A stretch of DNA of 63,818 nt, counting the filler, from Octopus bimaculoides (taxonomy: Eukaryota), in NCBI RefSeq assembly GCF_001194135.2. It is 5 parts of 5 records of this genome, joined end to end, with 100 filler letters (N's around TTAATTAATTAA, not from the genome) between each part and the next. Parts side by side here need not be neighbours in the genome. Positions count along the whole stretch, not along the records: positions 1 to 31,269 come from NC_068982.1; positions 31,370 to 39,906 come from NC_068984.1; 3 more parts are not named here. One strand, given 5' to 3'. This document shows positions 24,990 to 36,600 of the stretch, piece by piece. Each line of letters opens with the position of its first letter. Positions within the stretch are counted from its first letter, which is position 1. The position numbers and the translations under genes are program-made. Below the pieces are notes generated by a model, which saw nothing but the letters and a program-made list of their open reading frames with translations, had not been told where the DNA came from and made no database searches.

Positions 24990-25013
24990 TATTATTATTG
25001 TTATTATTATTAT

Positions 25014-25077
<64 letters not shown>

Positions 25078-25083
25078 ATCAGC

Positions 25084-25158
<75 letters not shown>

Positions 25159-25187
25159 GTTATTATTATTATTATTATTATTATTAG
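24990..25187. repeat. Imperfect (ATT)n microsatellite
   Basis: Direct run; source of the poly-N and poly-Y ORFs. Confidence 0.95.
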
Positions 25188-26799
25188 TTTTTATTTTGCT
25201 CATCTGGTAAGAAACTGCTAAGCAGATTCAATTTGCACTAAATTTTCTATGGCCTCATGCTGTCATGTGCTTACAGTGCTATTCTGCAACTTCAGTAAGA
25301 ATGTGTAGATATTTGACTGGACTATACTAAGGTATACGAATGATAATAATGTCACTTACAGTGGTTCTTATCTGGCTAAAGTTTAACGACTTCTGAGGTA
25401 TAGTGGTCATAACGAAAACACTCGATATAACTCGTTACTTATTTGTTTAAATGTTCTAGTTACTTAACATATAAAGGCAGAAAATTTTGCTTCACATTTT
25501 ATTCAGTTTCCTGGGTTATATTGAAACATAACATCAGCCACGGGAACTTTTTAATGAGACAATGTTGAATATAACTACATTATCACACACTGTATCTTAT
25601 CTACATTCACTATTGCAAGAGCTGTGGGTATAAAAATCGGCAAAGGACCACAAAGATACCAGTTAATATTTATTTAAATTCATTTGAGTCTTAAATTCAA
25701 ATTCAGCCGAAATATATGAAATACGTACGAATAACATACTGAGAGATGAATTTATTGGCTAAAAATGGGTGATCGCTAACAATAAAATAAATCAATATTA
25801 GATTCGGAATATTATGGCTATCACGTGTCCTGTGGCGTATCATGTAAACAGATCAAAAGGGAAAATTTACGTATCTCTAAGGCGTTGCGGCTTTCTCAAA
25901 ACACTTTATTACAATGCTAAAATTAGCTTCTTTTTATAGAACAAAGGATTTTATATATGAACATGAAATTAGAAGACTAATAATGACTCTAATCAATCGA
26001 AAATATAGATTCTACAGCAATAGGTGCCAGCGTCATTGTTATTTTACTTTTAAGGAATTACTATTCAAAACAACATACCAGCTTCAAACAATTTTTAAAA
26101 AAATGTACATACATACATAAATAATTACTTATAATCGTTTACACTGGCTAAGATCGGCAGAGCACGCTTGGGATGAATAATATAGTATATATTGTAGAGT
26201 AGGAGTTTGTAGTGACCATGCTATGGTGAACAAAATGTTTGGCGGTAATTGAAGCATTTCCTTCCGTTCAAACTTCCAATACTAGCAATTTCAGTTCTTT
26301 ATTTAGTAATCCTTACTCGTTCAAATGTATTCCTGTCAGATGAAACGTTTATAAGGTCAAATAAGTCCGTTCTGTTGAGATTGTAGCAGTGTGAATTTGT
26401 ACTCACAAAAACAGCATATACACAGACAAGCCACACACATGAACATACACCTGTGTATCTGTAGATATTTAAATAAAGAACAACTTTTCTTAAACTTTTC
26501 TTTAGAATATATTATAGCAAAGCGCGACTATGTTTAACCTTTATTATAAGGACTTTTCGTATTCCTCTATGAGCCATTTATGCTTAGCTTCAAACGACAA
26601 CGTTCTTAAATAGGTTAAGCTGACTAACAATACACAGGCACCGGTAACCTGGGTACTTCCATTTAATACACCTTTTCTATAAGAAAAACCTTGAAATAAA
26701 CTCAAATGAGAACGCATTTTCGTACAACACATAAAGCCAAGAAAGTACATTTGTGTATCCATACATAAGTACGTACATCCATACATATGTACATGAATA

Positions 26800-27120
26800 C
26801 ATGACAGTCGTTCACTCGTCACCAAAGAAGACAATTGCTGACCTTCAGAAACATTGTGCGCTCTAGGACTAATATTTTGCATTTGCGGCTCTTTAGTGAC
26901 TAACAAGTCCTGCTCTTGACAAACATAGACAACTGCAAACATTGCAAACTAAGCTTTCCTCATTCACGACACTAGCAGTGCGCTTAAGTTCTTCATGCAG
27001 AGTACGTACTCTGTCAAAGGTGTCGACCCCCTGCTTAACCTGGTACCTCCATCTGTAGCGCTGACAGGCATTTCTCTCCCAGTCAGTCTCCTGCATATCG
27101 CAGGCCTTTAATGAGGACAT
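26800..27120 (-). mobile_element. RTE-clade LINE 3' end fragment
   Basis: SSLKACDMQETDWERNACQRYRWRYQVKQGVDTFD...CNVCSCLCLSRAGLVSH matches the RTE C-terminal pattern (WE..A.DR..WR; C..C.R.C.S..GL.SH). Confidence 0.8.
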
Positions 27121-27468
27121 GACTCATACATATATACGTGCGTGCGTACATACATACATACACACACATACTGCCTATTCAAACTACACGAAAGGATTAT
27201 CTCAGTAAAGTTTAATTAATATGGAAGCAGACAACCTCAGAGTTTAAGATCATAAAATACAACCCATGTTAACCTGAGTTATTGCATTACTTTAAAAGCT
27301 TAAACATCTCACTTAGCTCATCTCAAAGCTCATCTACGTCTCGCACATTAATCCACGAATGGTGGACTATAGCTAATTCTACTAAGGAAGGTTAGCAAGT
27401 ATTTATTGGAATCAATGAACGAAAACATTATGCATGTATGAGTGTGTATGTGCGTGGGCGTGGGCATG

Positions 27469-27511
<43 letters not shown>

Positions 27512-27607
27512 GTGCATATGTCTGTCTGTACCTATGTATATATGTATGTTTGTCTTCTGTCTGTCTATCTATCTCACCTTCTCTCTCTCTCACTCTCTAA
27601 ATATATA

Positions 27608-28488
27608 CAGGGTGCAATGGGTAAATTGTCGCCATTTTATATTTCTAATGTCGCGCATGCACATGGCTATTTTTGATTTTGTCGACTACACAGTACATAG
27701 TACAGTCAGTTGGGCACCGTCTGTGAGAAAAACAGCACCATGTCGCAATTCATTTTGCCAGAAATTTCGAAACGACATGCAGTACACTGCATGGCATTCG
27801 CGCCGGAAGCTGCAATACGAACATTTCAGAGTGTTTTGGGTGTCAATCCCAGGACAGCGCAATCTGAGGTCATGTACCGAGAGTGATAAAAATCAAACAT
27901 CTAGTCAACATGATGGAGTGATCACTAGTGATGGCAATAGTATGCCTCCATTCATTTTCCCACACGGCCTCAAACTCAATGCGGAAGCCTACATCAAGTG
28001 CCTGGTGAAGACAATGCCGATCTGGGTTAAGAGGGTGGCTGCTGGAAAACCCTACGTCTGGTAACAGGGCTCTTCACCATCCCACACAAGCAAGAGAACC
28101 CATTCATGGGTGTCAGACAATTTCTGTTACCACGTTTACCCTAACATCTAGCAACCTAACTCCCCAGATTGCCACTCTCTTGTTTATTATGTGGAGCGCA
28201 GTTGAGCGAGAGGCCAACAAAATTCCTTTTAACACCAAAGATGAAATGAAGGCATGGATTATGGCAGCATTCCCCCACTTAAGCAAGGAGACCGTCCAGA
28301 AGAGTTGCAGGAGATTCCGAAATTGTCTGGAGGTCGTGGTAGAAGCCAATGCCGAATTTATTGAATAAATTTATTCTTTTGTATTTCAAGATAATTTATG
28401 AATTTTTGGTAAATATATGTTAAAATGAGATGTCAGTATTATTTTCATTTTTGCATTATTTAAACGACAGTTTATTCACCACAACCTA
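27608..28488 (+). mobile_element. Internally deleted Tc1/mariner transposon, maT (DD37D)-like
   Basis: TA-flanked degraded TIRs (CAGGGTGCAATGGGTAAATTGTCG). Motifs ITSDGNSMPPFIF, PYVW*Q, PNSPDC..L.YYVW and CRRFRNCLEVVVEANAEFIE. Confidence 0.88.
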
Positions 28489-28578
28489 TATATATATACA
28501 CACATACAAACATGCACACACACACACACACACACACCAATATATATACACACATACAATACATACATNNNNNNNNNN

Positions 28579-28641
<63 letters not shown>

Positions 28642-28689
28642 AGGTTATGTGAAGTAATGTTGTCAAGAAGATCTAAAGGTGTCAGGTAA

Positions 28690-29167
28690 TGCTAAGTGCT
28701 ATGGACAGTATTGTTAAGCTCCAGGTTCAGTGATCATGCGAATGAGGAGTCCAACGTAGGTCATATATTAGCATGCATATATATAGAAAATTAACAGAAT
28801 GGGATAAAGAATCCAAGTGCTATGCAAAATTTCACAACATTTATAAAGAGAAGGTCTTACAGCTGTTTCCGGGATATTTTATATATCTCTTCATCGGAGA
28901 GGGTGCGAGAAAATGGTTACGCAATAGTTATTCCAAAGAAGATATGAAATAGAGAGTGAAGTGGAGGAATGAAAACAGACGTGAGATATGCAGGGATATT
29001 GTATATGCAGTTCCATTATTTAAGCAGAATGGTATACATATAAGTGCCGTATACCTTGTGTTTAAGTTCCAATAGTATTTAAAATTGGTCATTACAAGCA
29101 CAGAGTTTGTAAACCGTTTTATTGGATCGAGGGTTTTTTAAAGTTACTTAAAAGTTGGGAATGTGTG
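28690..29167 (-). mobile_element. Penelope-like element 3' / pseudo-LTR remnant
   Basis: Carries a hammerhead motif at 28855-28900 with decayed coding-like sequence upstream; runs into a gap. Confidence 0.5.
28855..28900 (-). ncRNA. Minimal type-I hammerhead ribozyme motif (mutated)
   Basis: Reverse complement TCT CCGATGA A GAGATAT-ataaa-ATATCCC G GAAACAGCTGT A AGA. Palindromic stem III ACAGCTGT, GUA site, 3-bp stem I and a U4C change. Confidence 0.65.
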
Positions 29168-29921
29168 NNNNNNNNNNNNNNNNNNNNNNNNNNNNNNNNN
29201 NNNNNNNNNNNNNNNNNNNNNNNNNNNNNNNNNNNNNNNNNNNNNNNNNNNNNNNNNNNNNNNNNNNNNNNNNNNNNNNNNNNNNNNNNNNNNNNNNNNN
29301 NNNNNNNNNNNNNNNNNNNNNNNNNNNNNNNNNNNNNNNNNNNNNNNNNNNNNNNNNNNNNNNNNNNNNNNNNNNNNNNNNNNNNNNNNNNNNNNNNNNN
29401 NNNNNNNNNNNNNNNNNNNNNNNNNNNNNNNNNNNNNNNNNNNNNNNNNNNNNNNNNNNNNNNNNNNNNNNNNNNNNNNNNNNNNNNNNNNNNNNNNNNN
29501 NNNNNNNNNNNNNNNNNNNNNNNNNNNNNNNNNNNNNNNNNNNNNNNNNNNNNNNNNNNNNNNNNNNNNNNNNNNNNNNNNNNNNNNNNNNNNNNNNNNN
29601 NNNNNNNNNNNNNNNNNNNNNNNNNNNNNNNNNNNNNNNNNNNNNNNNNNNNNNNNNNNNNNNNNNNNNNNNNNNNNNNNNNNNNNNNNNNNNNNNNNNN
29701 NNNNNNNNNNNNNNNNNNNNNNNNNNNNNNNNNNNNNNNNNNNNNNNNNNNNNNNNNNNNNNNNNNNNNNNNNNNNNNNNNNNNNNNNNNNNNNNNNNNN
29801 NNNNNNNNNNNNNNNNNNNNNNNNNNNNNNNNNNNNNNNNNNNNNNNNNNNNNNNNNNNNNNNNNNNNNNNNNNNNNNNNNNNNNNNNNNNNNNNNNNNN
29901 NNNNNNNNNNNNNNNNNNNNN

Positions 29922-29952
<31 letters not shown>

Positions 29953-30168
29953 GTTCTATTTATCTCTTCCCATCATTCCTTTCTTTCCTTCCTTTGCTCA
30001 CATATACATGTGCGTGCACGTGCAAGCAAGCACACATACACACACATATATGTAAGTAGTGTATATATATTACGCATACTATACACTCACACGTGCACAC
30101 AGACACACATATATCTAAGCGTATATGTTTGTAGACGATTTCCGACAGTATATTCTCACTGTCAATAG

Positions 30169-30170
<2 letters not shown>

Positions 30171-30255
<85 letters not shown>
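30171..30255. repeat. (CT)n microsatellite
   Basis: Pure run. Confidence 0.95.
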
Positions 30256-30258
<3 letters not shown>

Positions 30259-31063
30259 ATTGCTTATTCTCTGCTTCCTTTTCCTCTCTGTTTCTATTAT
30301 GTTATATTTAAAACTTTAATACTACATTGGACGCTATATTTCATGTTGCTCTCCTGACGGCAAACATAATTCAACACATGGAAATAAATTATGCACATTA
30401 AAAATATAACTCTATAATGGAGGTTATTTTTATTCTATCTCTTGAAAGAGAAAATTAAATTAGGAATAATCGGTAAAATTTCTGCTTTCTTAATTGTTCT
30501 ATATGTGTTATTCTGATATATCATTTCAGCCAATTTCTACACACACACACATATATATATATATATACTTCCGGTTTCGTTGAAGAAGGACGCGTGTGTT
30601 TCGTTCTCCCGAATCAACCCAATAGAGATTGCACAAATCAACGATAAAACCTACTAAACTGACGAAAACATAGACCTTGTTATACAAGAACAGTCTACTG
30701 TAATATACTAATTTAAAAAACGTAATATATTTCTCTAAAAGTTAAATATATTACATTAAAGTCAGCGACACAAGCAAGTTATCGTCGAAAACCCACGTGG
30801 TACAAGGGATTGCCGAAATCGACGGAAAATAAATGTGTTAAAGCTGACAAAAGGTAGTACTTATTACTTCATAACGGTCTACCGTAATATATTACACTAA
30901 AAGTTTAATATAGTAAGTTTGAAATCAGTGAAACAAGCTAAAGGTATCGTCAATAACCGCGTGGTTACACGTCGTAATTATATTTGCAATCGAACGTAAG
31001 AAGCAAAAAAGAATTGTTTTGGAAGAAAACTTCATACAAGAACAAGGATTTGAAATTTTACCT

Positions 31064-31269
31064 CTTACGAATAAGTATCCTTTTCATTTGTTTATTTTCT
31101 TTTAACTTAGGTAACATTTGAGTTACAGCATAATCTTGTTTACTTTACGAATAAGTATCCTTTTTATTTTTTTATTTTCTTTTAACTTAGGCAACATTTG
31201 AGTTACAACATAATCTTGTTTACTTTACGAATAAGTATCCCTTTTTATTTGTTTATTTTCTTTTAACTT
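31064..31269. repeat. 80-bp tandem repeat, at least 2.5 copies, running into the scaffold end
   Basis: ACGAATAAGTATCC recurs at 31067, 31147 and 31227. Confidence 0.9.
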
Positions 31270-31313
31270 NNNNNNNNNNNNNNNNNNNNNNNNNNNNNNN
31301 NNNNNNNNNNNNN

Positions 31314-31325
31314 TTAATTAATTAA
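31314..31325. other. Artificial scaffold-join spacer TTAATTAATTAA
   Basis: Flanked by exactly 44 N on each side (100 bp total); has stops in all six frames. Confidence 0.95.
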
Positions 31326-31369
31326 NNNNNNNNNNNNNNNNNNNNNNNNNNNNNNNNNNNNNNNNNNNN

Positions 31370-33137
31370 CCTGTCAACGTGACATGGAGGATTTTAGCTA
31401 GAGCATCCCCTTACAGGCACGGTGCCCATAAAAGACTATTGAAATGCAATCTGTGTTTGTTGGAAAAACTGCATATCTTATTCCAAGATGAGAAATCTCT
31501 AAACCAAAGACGCTAACTTTTAAATTCATGTAGACATGCGTCCAAATTTAAAATGTCGGCAAGTAACATACCGTATGGGTAGTATATATATATTTTTTTG
31601 ATAATGTTTGACTCCTTGTAACCATTGTGCAATCTTACTATTGGATTGGTACCGCATTATAAATGATTTATTTAGCATTGTAAGAATTTTGTATAGACCC
31701 CTACGTCATTTTAGGAAAACCTGTTATATACATAGTTTTTTTCTTTTTCCTTGTTTTTACTTCATTCTATTCTATTTGTATTTATTTTAAAACACTTTGT
31801 ATACAAATTTTACCGTTTTTATGGACGGTTCGACATATGGAATTCTATTATGCATGTATTTTTGCCCGATTTTAACTTTTATACACCCAGCAATTTCTTA
31901 AAAAGTTGTCTGCATATATACACTGAGATCTGAAAGGTTTTTTATGTAGATGTCTGTATTGTAACAATGCTTGCATATTCATATGTGTGCGTCTATGCTT
32001 ATGTATAGGGCCTAGGTTTGCACTTGTGCATATACAATTATGATTTTGTGTGTGTGCGTTTTTGTGTATACATGGGTAAGAGTATAAGCTTATATTTATT
32101 TACACATACATGCATTTATTCGCGTGTGTGCATCTATGTTATATATGGGAATGTGCACTCAGGTCCACGCTCACACATACTTGAATGTGTGCATACGCAT
32201 GTATACGGTTATGTTTGTGAGTATTTACGTACATATCCCCATATATATCTATATACGTGATGCTAATATACATTTTTGTATACACATATATACACAGTCT
32301 AATTTTTGTGTAGGTTTACTATATACGTTAAACTACCATCTTGTCCGTTTTCTTTCTCTACTTCTTTCTTCCCTTCCCCCTTTCTCTCTTTTCTTCCTTT
32401 CTGTCTTTCTTTCTCTCTTTCTTTCTTCCTTTCCTTCCTCACGATAGCCACACTTTCTCTCTTTCTATATTAGTAATGTTCTTATCGATTTGTTACCCTT
32501 CCCGCTCTACTTCATAGGTTAAGATACAATTTTTGTTACCAGCACATAAGCTTTTTCGTGCGCGAGCTTAACTGCGTGTGTATGTGTATGAATTTGTATT
32601 CATCTATATATTTGTGTCTTGCAAATATATACCTATATACGTAGATTATCTGTACGTGTGCATCTGTGTATTTTGATGTATATATATATGTTGTGGATAG
32701 TCTAGTATGCGTATATACTATTGTAATTTTATTTTATTTTGAATGCAGCGTATATTTTATTTTATTTTATTTGATTTTAATGTGTTAATTCAAATATAAT
32801 TAATTATTTACAGTATGTATTTTGAGCCCATTTTTCTATTTAAGGTTTTCTTCGATTTTTTAAAAATAGGATGAATCTATATTAAATTAATTTGTTTTGT
32901 TCATTGCGCATCCATGACCGTTATTTGAAACAACCAATCAAACAGATCTATGTGTTTCAAATTTTATATTACTTTTGATTGCATTGTCATTCCTTTCCCA
33001 TTTCTAACAAAACTGTCCGATGAACTGGAACGTGAAACTCCGAGTAACAGTCTTTTGCTATATTTCTGCTGCTTTTAAATAAAGCATATTACTCTACCTC
33101 TGGTATTTGAGTACTCTTTTTTCCACCTTGTTGCACA
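31370..33137 (+). mobile_element. Penelope-like element 3' part: GIY-YIG C-terminus, long low-complexity 3' region and hammerhead-bearing tail
   Basis: 31370-31582 translates VTWRILARASPY...KCNLCLLEKLHILFQDEKSLNQRR*LLNSCRHASKF. Hammerhead at 33012-33051, then (TA)n. Continuity of the middle is inferred. Confidence 0.65.
33008..33057 (+). ncRNA. Minimal type-I hammerhead ribozyme motif
   Basis: ACTGT CCGATGA AC-tggaac-GT GAAACTCCGAGT A ACAGT. 5-bp stem I, 2-bp stem II, near-palindromic stem III and a GUA site (cleavage 33046/33047). U4C is the only core change. Confidence 0.75.
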
Positions 33138-33154
33138 TTTTATGTGCTTACTCC

Positions 33155-33237
<83 letters not shown>

Positions 33238-33240
33238 TCT

Positions 33241-33385
33241 TCATCATCATCATTTAGCATCTGTTTCCCATGCTAGTAAGAGTAAGATGGTTTGACCAGA
33301 GCTGGTAAGCCAGAGAGCTGCACCAGGCTCCAGTTGTCTGATTTCTATGGCTGGATGCCCTTCCTAATGCCAACCACTCCACAAA
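33241..33385 (-). mobile_element. SINE/LINE-tail repeat (family D) with (TGA)n tail
   Basis: Reverse complement GGTTGGCATTAGGAAGGGCATCCAGCC...GGAGCCTGGTGCAG...AAATGATGATG. Confidence 0.75.
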
Positions 33386-33599
33386 GCATGCAAACTATGT
33401 GTGGTTATGCTGGGATAATGCATACATAATAAATTCAAATATGAAATAGAAGCAGTACTAGTGTAATAAACATATACTTAATGTATACAGTTCCTGTACT
33501 TGCTCTTCAGCTGTAATTTGGCATGATGGAGAATACTTTCTCAAAGTGCTGTGTATTAAGCAAGATAACTCACCTTTAATCTCATCTAGAAGAGATGGA

Positions 33600-33760
33600 C
33601 ATTGGTGTGGTGATTGGTGTCAGGAAGGGTATCCAGCCGTAAAAACCATGCCAAAACAGACACTGAAGCCTGGTGCAGTCTTTTGCCTTACCAGCTCCAG
33701 TCAAATCGTCCAACCCATGCCAGCATGAAAAGTGGACATTGAATAGTGATGATGATGATA
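33600..33760 (+). mobile_element. Family D repeat, inverted relative to 33241-33385
   Basis: GGTGTCAGGAAGGGTATCCAGCCG...GCCTGGTGCAG...GATGATGAT. Confidence 0.75.
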
Positions 33761-34209
33761 TATATATATATACTTAAATATCAAACACTGAGAATGAGTG
33801 CTCAACACTGCATTGGTGGATACAGATTCTTTATTTGTATATCTCAACAATTCTTCAAGACAATCACAGAAAAATTGTTTTTTTCTATCCAATTTGGATT
33901 AAAACATGGGAAGTCACAATAAAGCCTTGTGAGAATTTTTGGTAAACAAAAACAAGAAATCAAGGAGGTGACTTTTGGGTAACAATTCTTGGATGATTAT
34001 CTCCCTTGGGTTTGACTTTTGGTAAAAATTGTGCGTATATTATGTAATGTCCTGGGTATGTGCAATGTATTGAGGGAGATCAGCATGACAGCATGTGACT
34101 TCTATATGTAGAGTTCATATGATCTATATATCTAATGTTCATGTTCAGTGAAAAGCTATCCTGGTTGGATTGGTGGAGTGGGCAGTGGTTCCTCTTTGAA
34201 ATGTCAGAG

Positions 34210-34716
34210 TGTAAAAAATTGCTTATATATACTGGGAGAGAAGGTTTCATCCCCAATGTTTACGATTTTATCTTTTAGTTGCATACAAAGCTCACATTTG
34301 GTGCCCCATACCCTGTATTTTCTGGTTTTAGCAATAATGCTCTATGCTCTTTCAATGTACATATATCATATTGGACAGGGATGTTGTGTGTCTTTTATCT
34401 TGTCCCTGAATGATGCTAAATGCTATATGTATATTTCCTTGAACAAGTTGCCCATCATTCTGATATATATTGTTATTACTCCATTGGAGTAAGGAATTTT
34501 CTTTTTATTAAGGTAATGCACATGGTCAGTTAGAGAGGTAGACTTGCTATGCTCTTCATACTTAAATGAATTTAAATGGGCTGAATATTGGTGCTTGAGA
34601 TTAATTGTGGATCCTATATAGTATCTAGTAGAATTGTGAAGTGTGTTATGAACTATGCATTTGCTTAACAATGTCTTCAAATTTTTCCATAGGTCTAATT
34701 GTGAAAAAAACAACAC
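34210..34716 (-). mobile_element. Penelope-like GIY-YIG endonuclease fragments (two fused pieces)
   Basis: Piece 1: CIVH...RYYIGST.NLKHQYSAHLNSFKYEEHSKSTSLTDHVHYL. Piece 2: YIRMMGNLFKE...HLASFRDK...TSLS...KYRVWGTKCELCMQLKDKI. Confidence 0.8.
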
Positions 34717-35072
34717 TTCTGATTATCACAAACATCATCTAACTTTTACCTATCTGACACTTCTACATACATAACTGTCTTTACCGTTATTAAATGAATA
34801 GCACTAAACATTCTCTCCATATATACATAGACTCCTCTGTAGGCCTCATTACCCTGCATGCATAAGTGAAAGCAGGGTATTGTAATCACCTGTCTTTGTC
34901 TGTGTGTTTGCAAAATTACTAGAAAACAGCTGAAATGATTTTCACCACATTTGGCAGAAATACTCATTGGCTGAGTGGCTCAAAATGATGAATATTTAGT
35001 TTGATTATCTTTAAAAAAACATTTTTTCTTAATTTAAAAAAAAAAATCAGATTTATAAATTTCCCAATAAGT

Positions 35073-35605
35073 AAGTGGTCATATTAATTTGTTCACTTTC
35101 TTTTTCATATGAATTGATCCTCGTCTGCATGTGTATAGATCATGGTGTACCTATGTGCATAGACACGTGTGCATACATACATAAATACATACATAGATAT
35201 GTGACTGTGTGTGTGTGTATGTGTGTACAGTGATGGATTCGAGGGTTTCATTTATTTATGACTTGATTTCTTAATTTCACCAGAGTATAAATATCTATAA
35301 TGGGGATACGTAATAAAAAATTTTTTTTTTTAATTGGACTTACAAGTGGTCATATTATTTTGTTCGCTTTCTTTTTCATATGAATCAAACCTCGTCTGCA
35401 TGTATATAGATCATGGTGTACCTATGCATGTAGACGTGTGCATACATACATACATACATACATACATACATAAACACATACATAGATATGCAACTGTGTG
35501 TGTACATGTGTGTGTGTGTACACTGATGGATTCAAGGGTTTCTTTTATTTACAAGTTGATTTCTTAATTTCACCAGATTATAAATACCTATAAGGATGAT
35601 ACTTA
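35073..35605. repeat. Two-copy about 271-bp tandem duplication
   Basis: AAGTGGTCATATT starts at 35073 and 35344; units are collinear, including an internal CATA/TG run. Confidence 0.9.
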
Positions 35606-36224
35606 AAAAAAAAAGAAATAAAAAAAGCATTGGTAAGCAACACATTGTAAGCAACACTATAATTTGCAAAAAAGGTTTATATGCGCGCAGGGTATGCATC
35701 ACCCTTCCGATGCCTTTTTTTCTCATTAATAATGTATCTTCATTAGCACTACAGACATTAATTTTTAATTTTAATCTAAATTTATTTTTAAGCATTAACA
35801 TTATTTTAATTTTAAATTAATTATTCTTATGTATTTTACTTTTATAACATTATGTTTTAACCTTTTTATACCACAAATCTTAACTCTTTTCTTTACTAAA
35901 TCACATCTATTTCTAGCTTCTCTTAGTGGCTAAACAATCATATGTATCCACCATAGTAAGATTTGACCACCCACTATGCACTTGTCTATAATATTTCTTG
36001 TGTCCATTTTATTACCTACAACCCCACCTCTGTAAGTCTGGCACCTGTCTTGTTTTATATTTTTTCCTTATCGGTAGGTCTTTACATTTGCCCCCACCCC
36101 TTAACTTCTTTGGATGGGAATGCCAATTTACTAGCCTTTTGTACTTACTCCCTCTGATCCACCCACCCCGAGACAAAAGTATCCCTCATTATATTGCTTA
36201 ATAGATATCTACTACAATGCCTTT

Positions 36225-36600
36225 ACCTATCTGTCTACCTATCTTTTTCATACCAGAATGTATTATTTATTCCTCCCCATTCTCTCTGGACTGAATACCT
36301 TTCAATATACTGAACAATATATATCTAATAAAATGCACTTACCTATCTATCTTTTCTTTCATCAGAATATATTATTTATTCCTCCTCTCATTATTCACAC
36401 AACTTTGGAACTGCAAGCATTCATACTCTCACAGGACTGGATATCCCTCAATATATTGAACAATATATATATCTAATACAAACCTCTTATCTATCTATCT
36501 TTTCTCTCACCAGAATGTATTTTTATTCCTCCTCTCAGTATTTGCACAACTTTGGATCTGCTAGCATTTATTTTCCCTCAGTACTGTATAACAATTCTTT
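36225..36600. repeat. Degenerate tandem repeats of an AT/pyrimidine-rich unit
   Basis: TATCTATCTTTT...CCAGAAT...TTATTCCTCC recurs at about 36235, 36342 and 36490; ATATTGAACAATATATATCTAATA recurs twice. Confidence 0.7.

Noticed and set aside
24871-25203. Poly-asparagine protein
   Set aside because: (AAT)n microsatellite read in frame with a Dong fragment.
29155-30168. Long ORFs of 200-400 aa (also at 40.4-41.6, 51.6-53.8, 55.3-57.7 and 60.3-61.1 kb)
   Set aside because: They are open only because they run through N gaps.
31270-31369. Conserved palindromic TTAATTAATTAA motif occurring four times
   Set aside because: Always centred in exactly 44N+44N; an assembly spacer, not biology.
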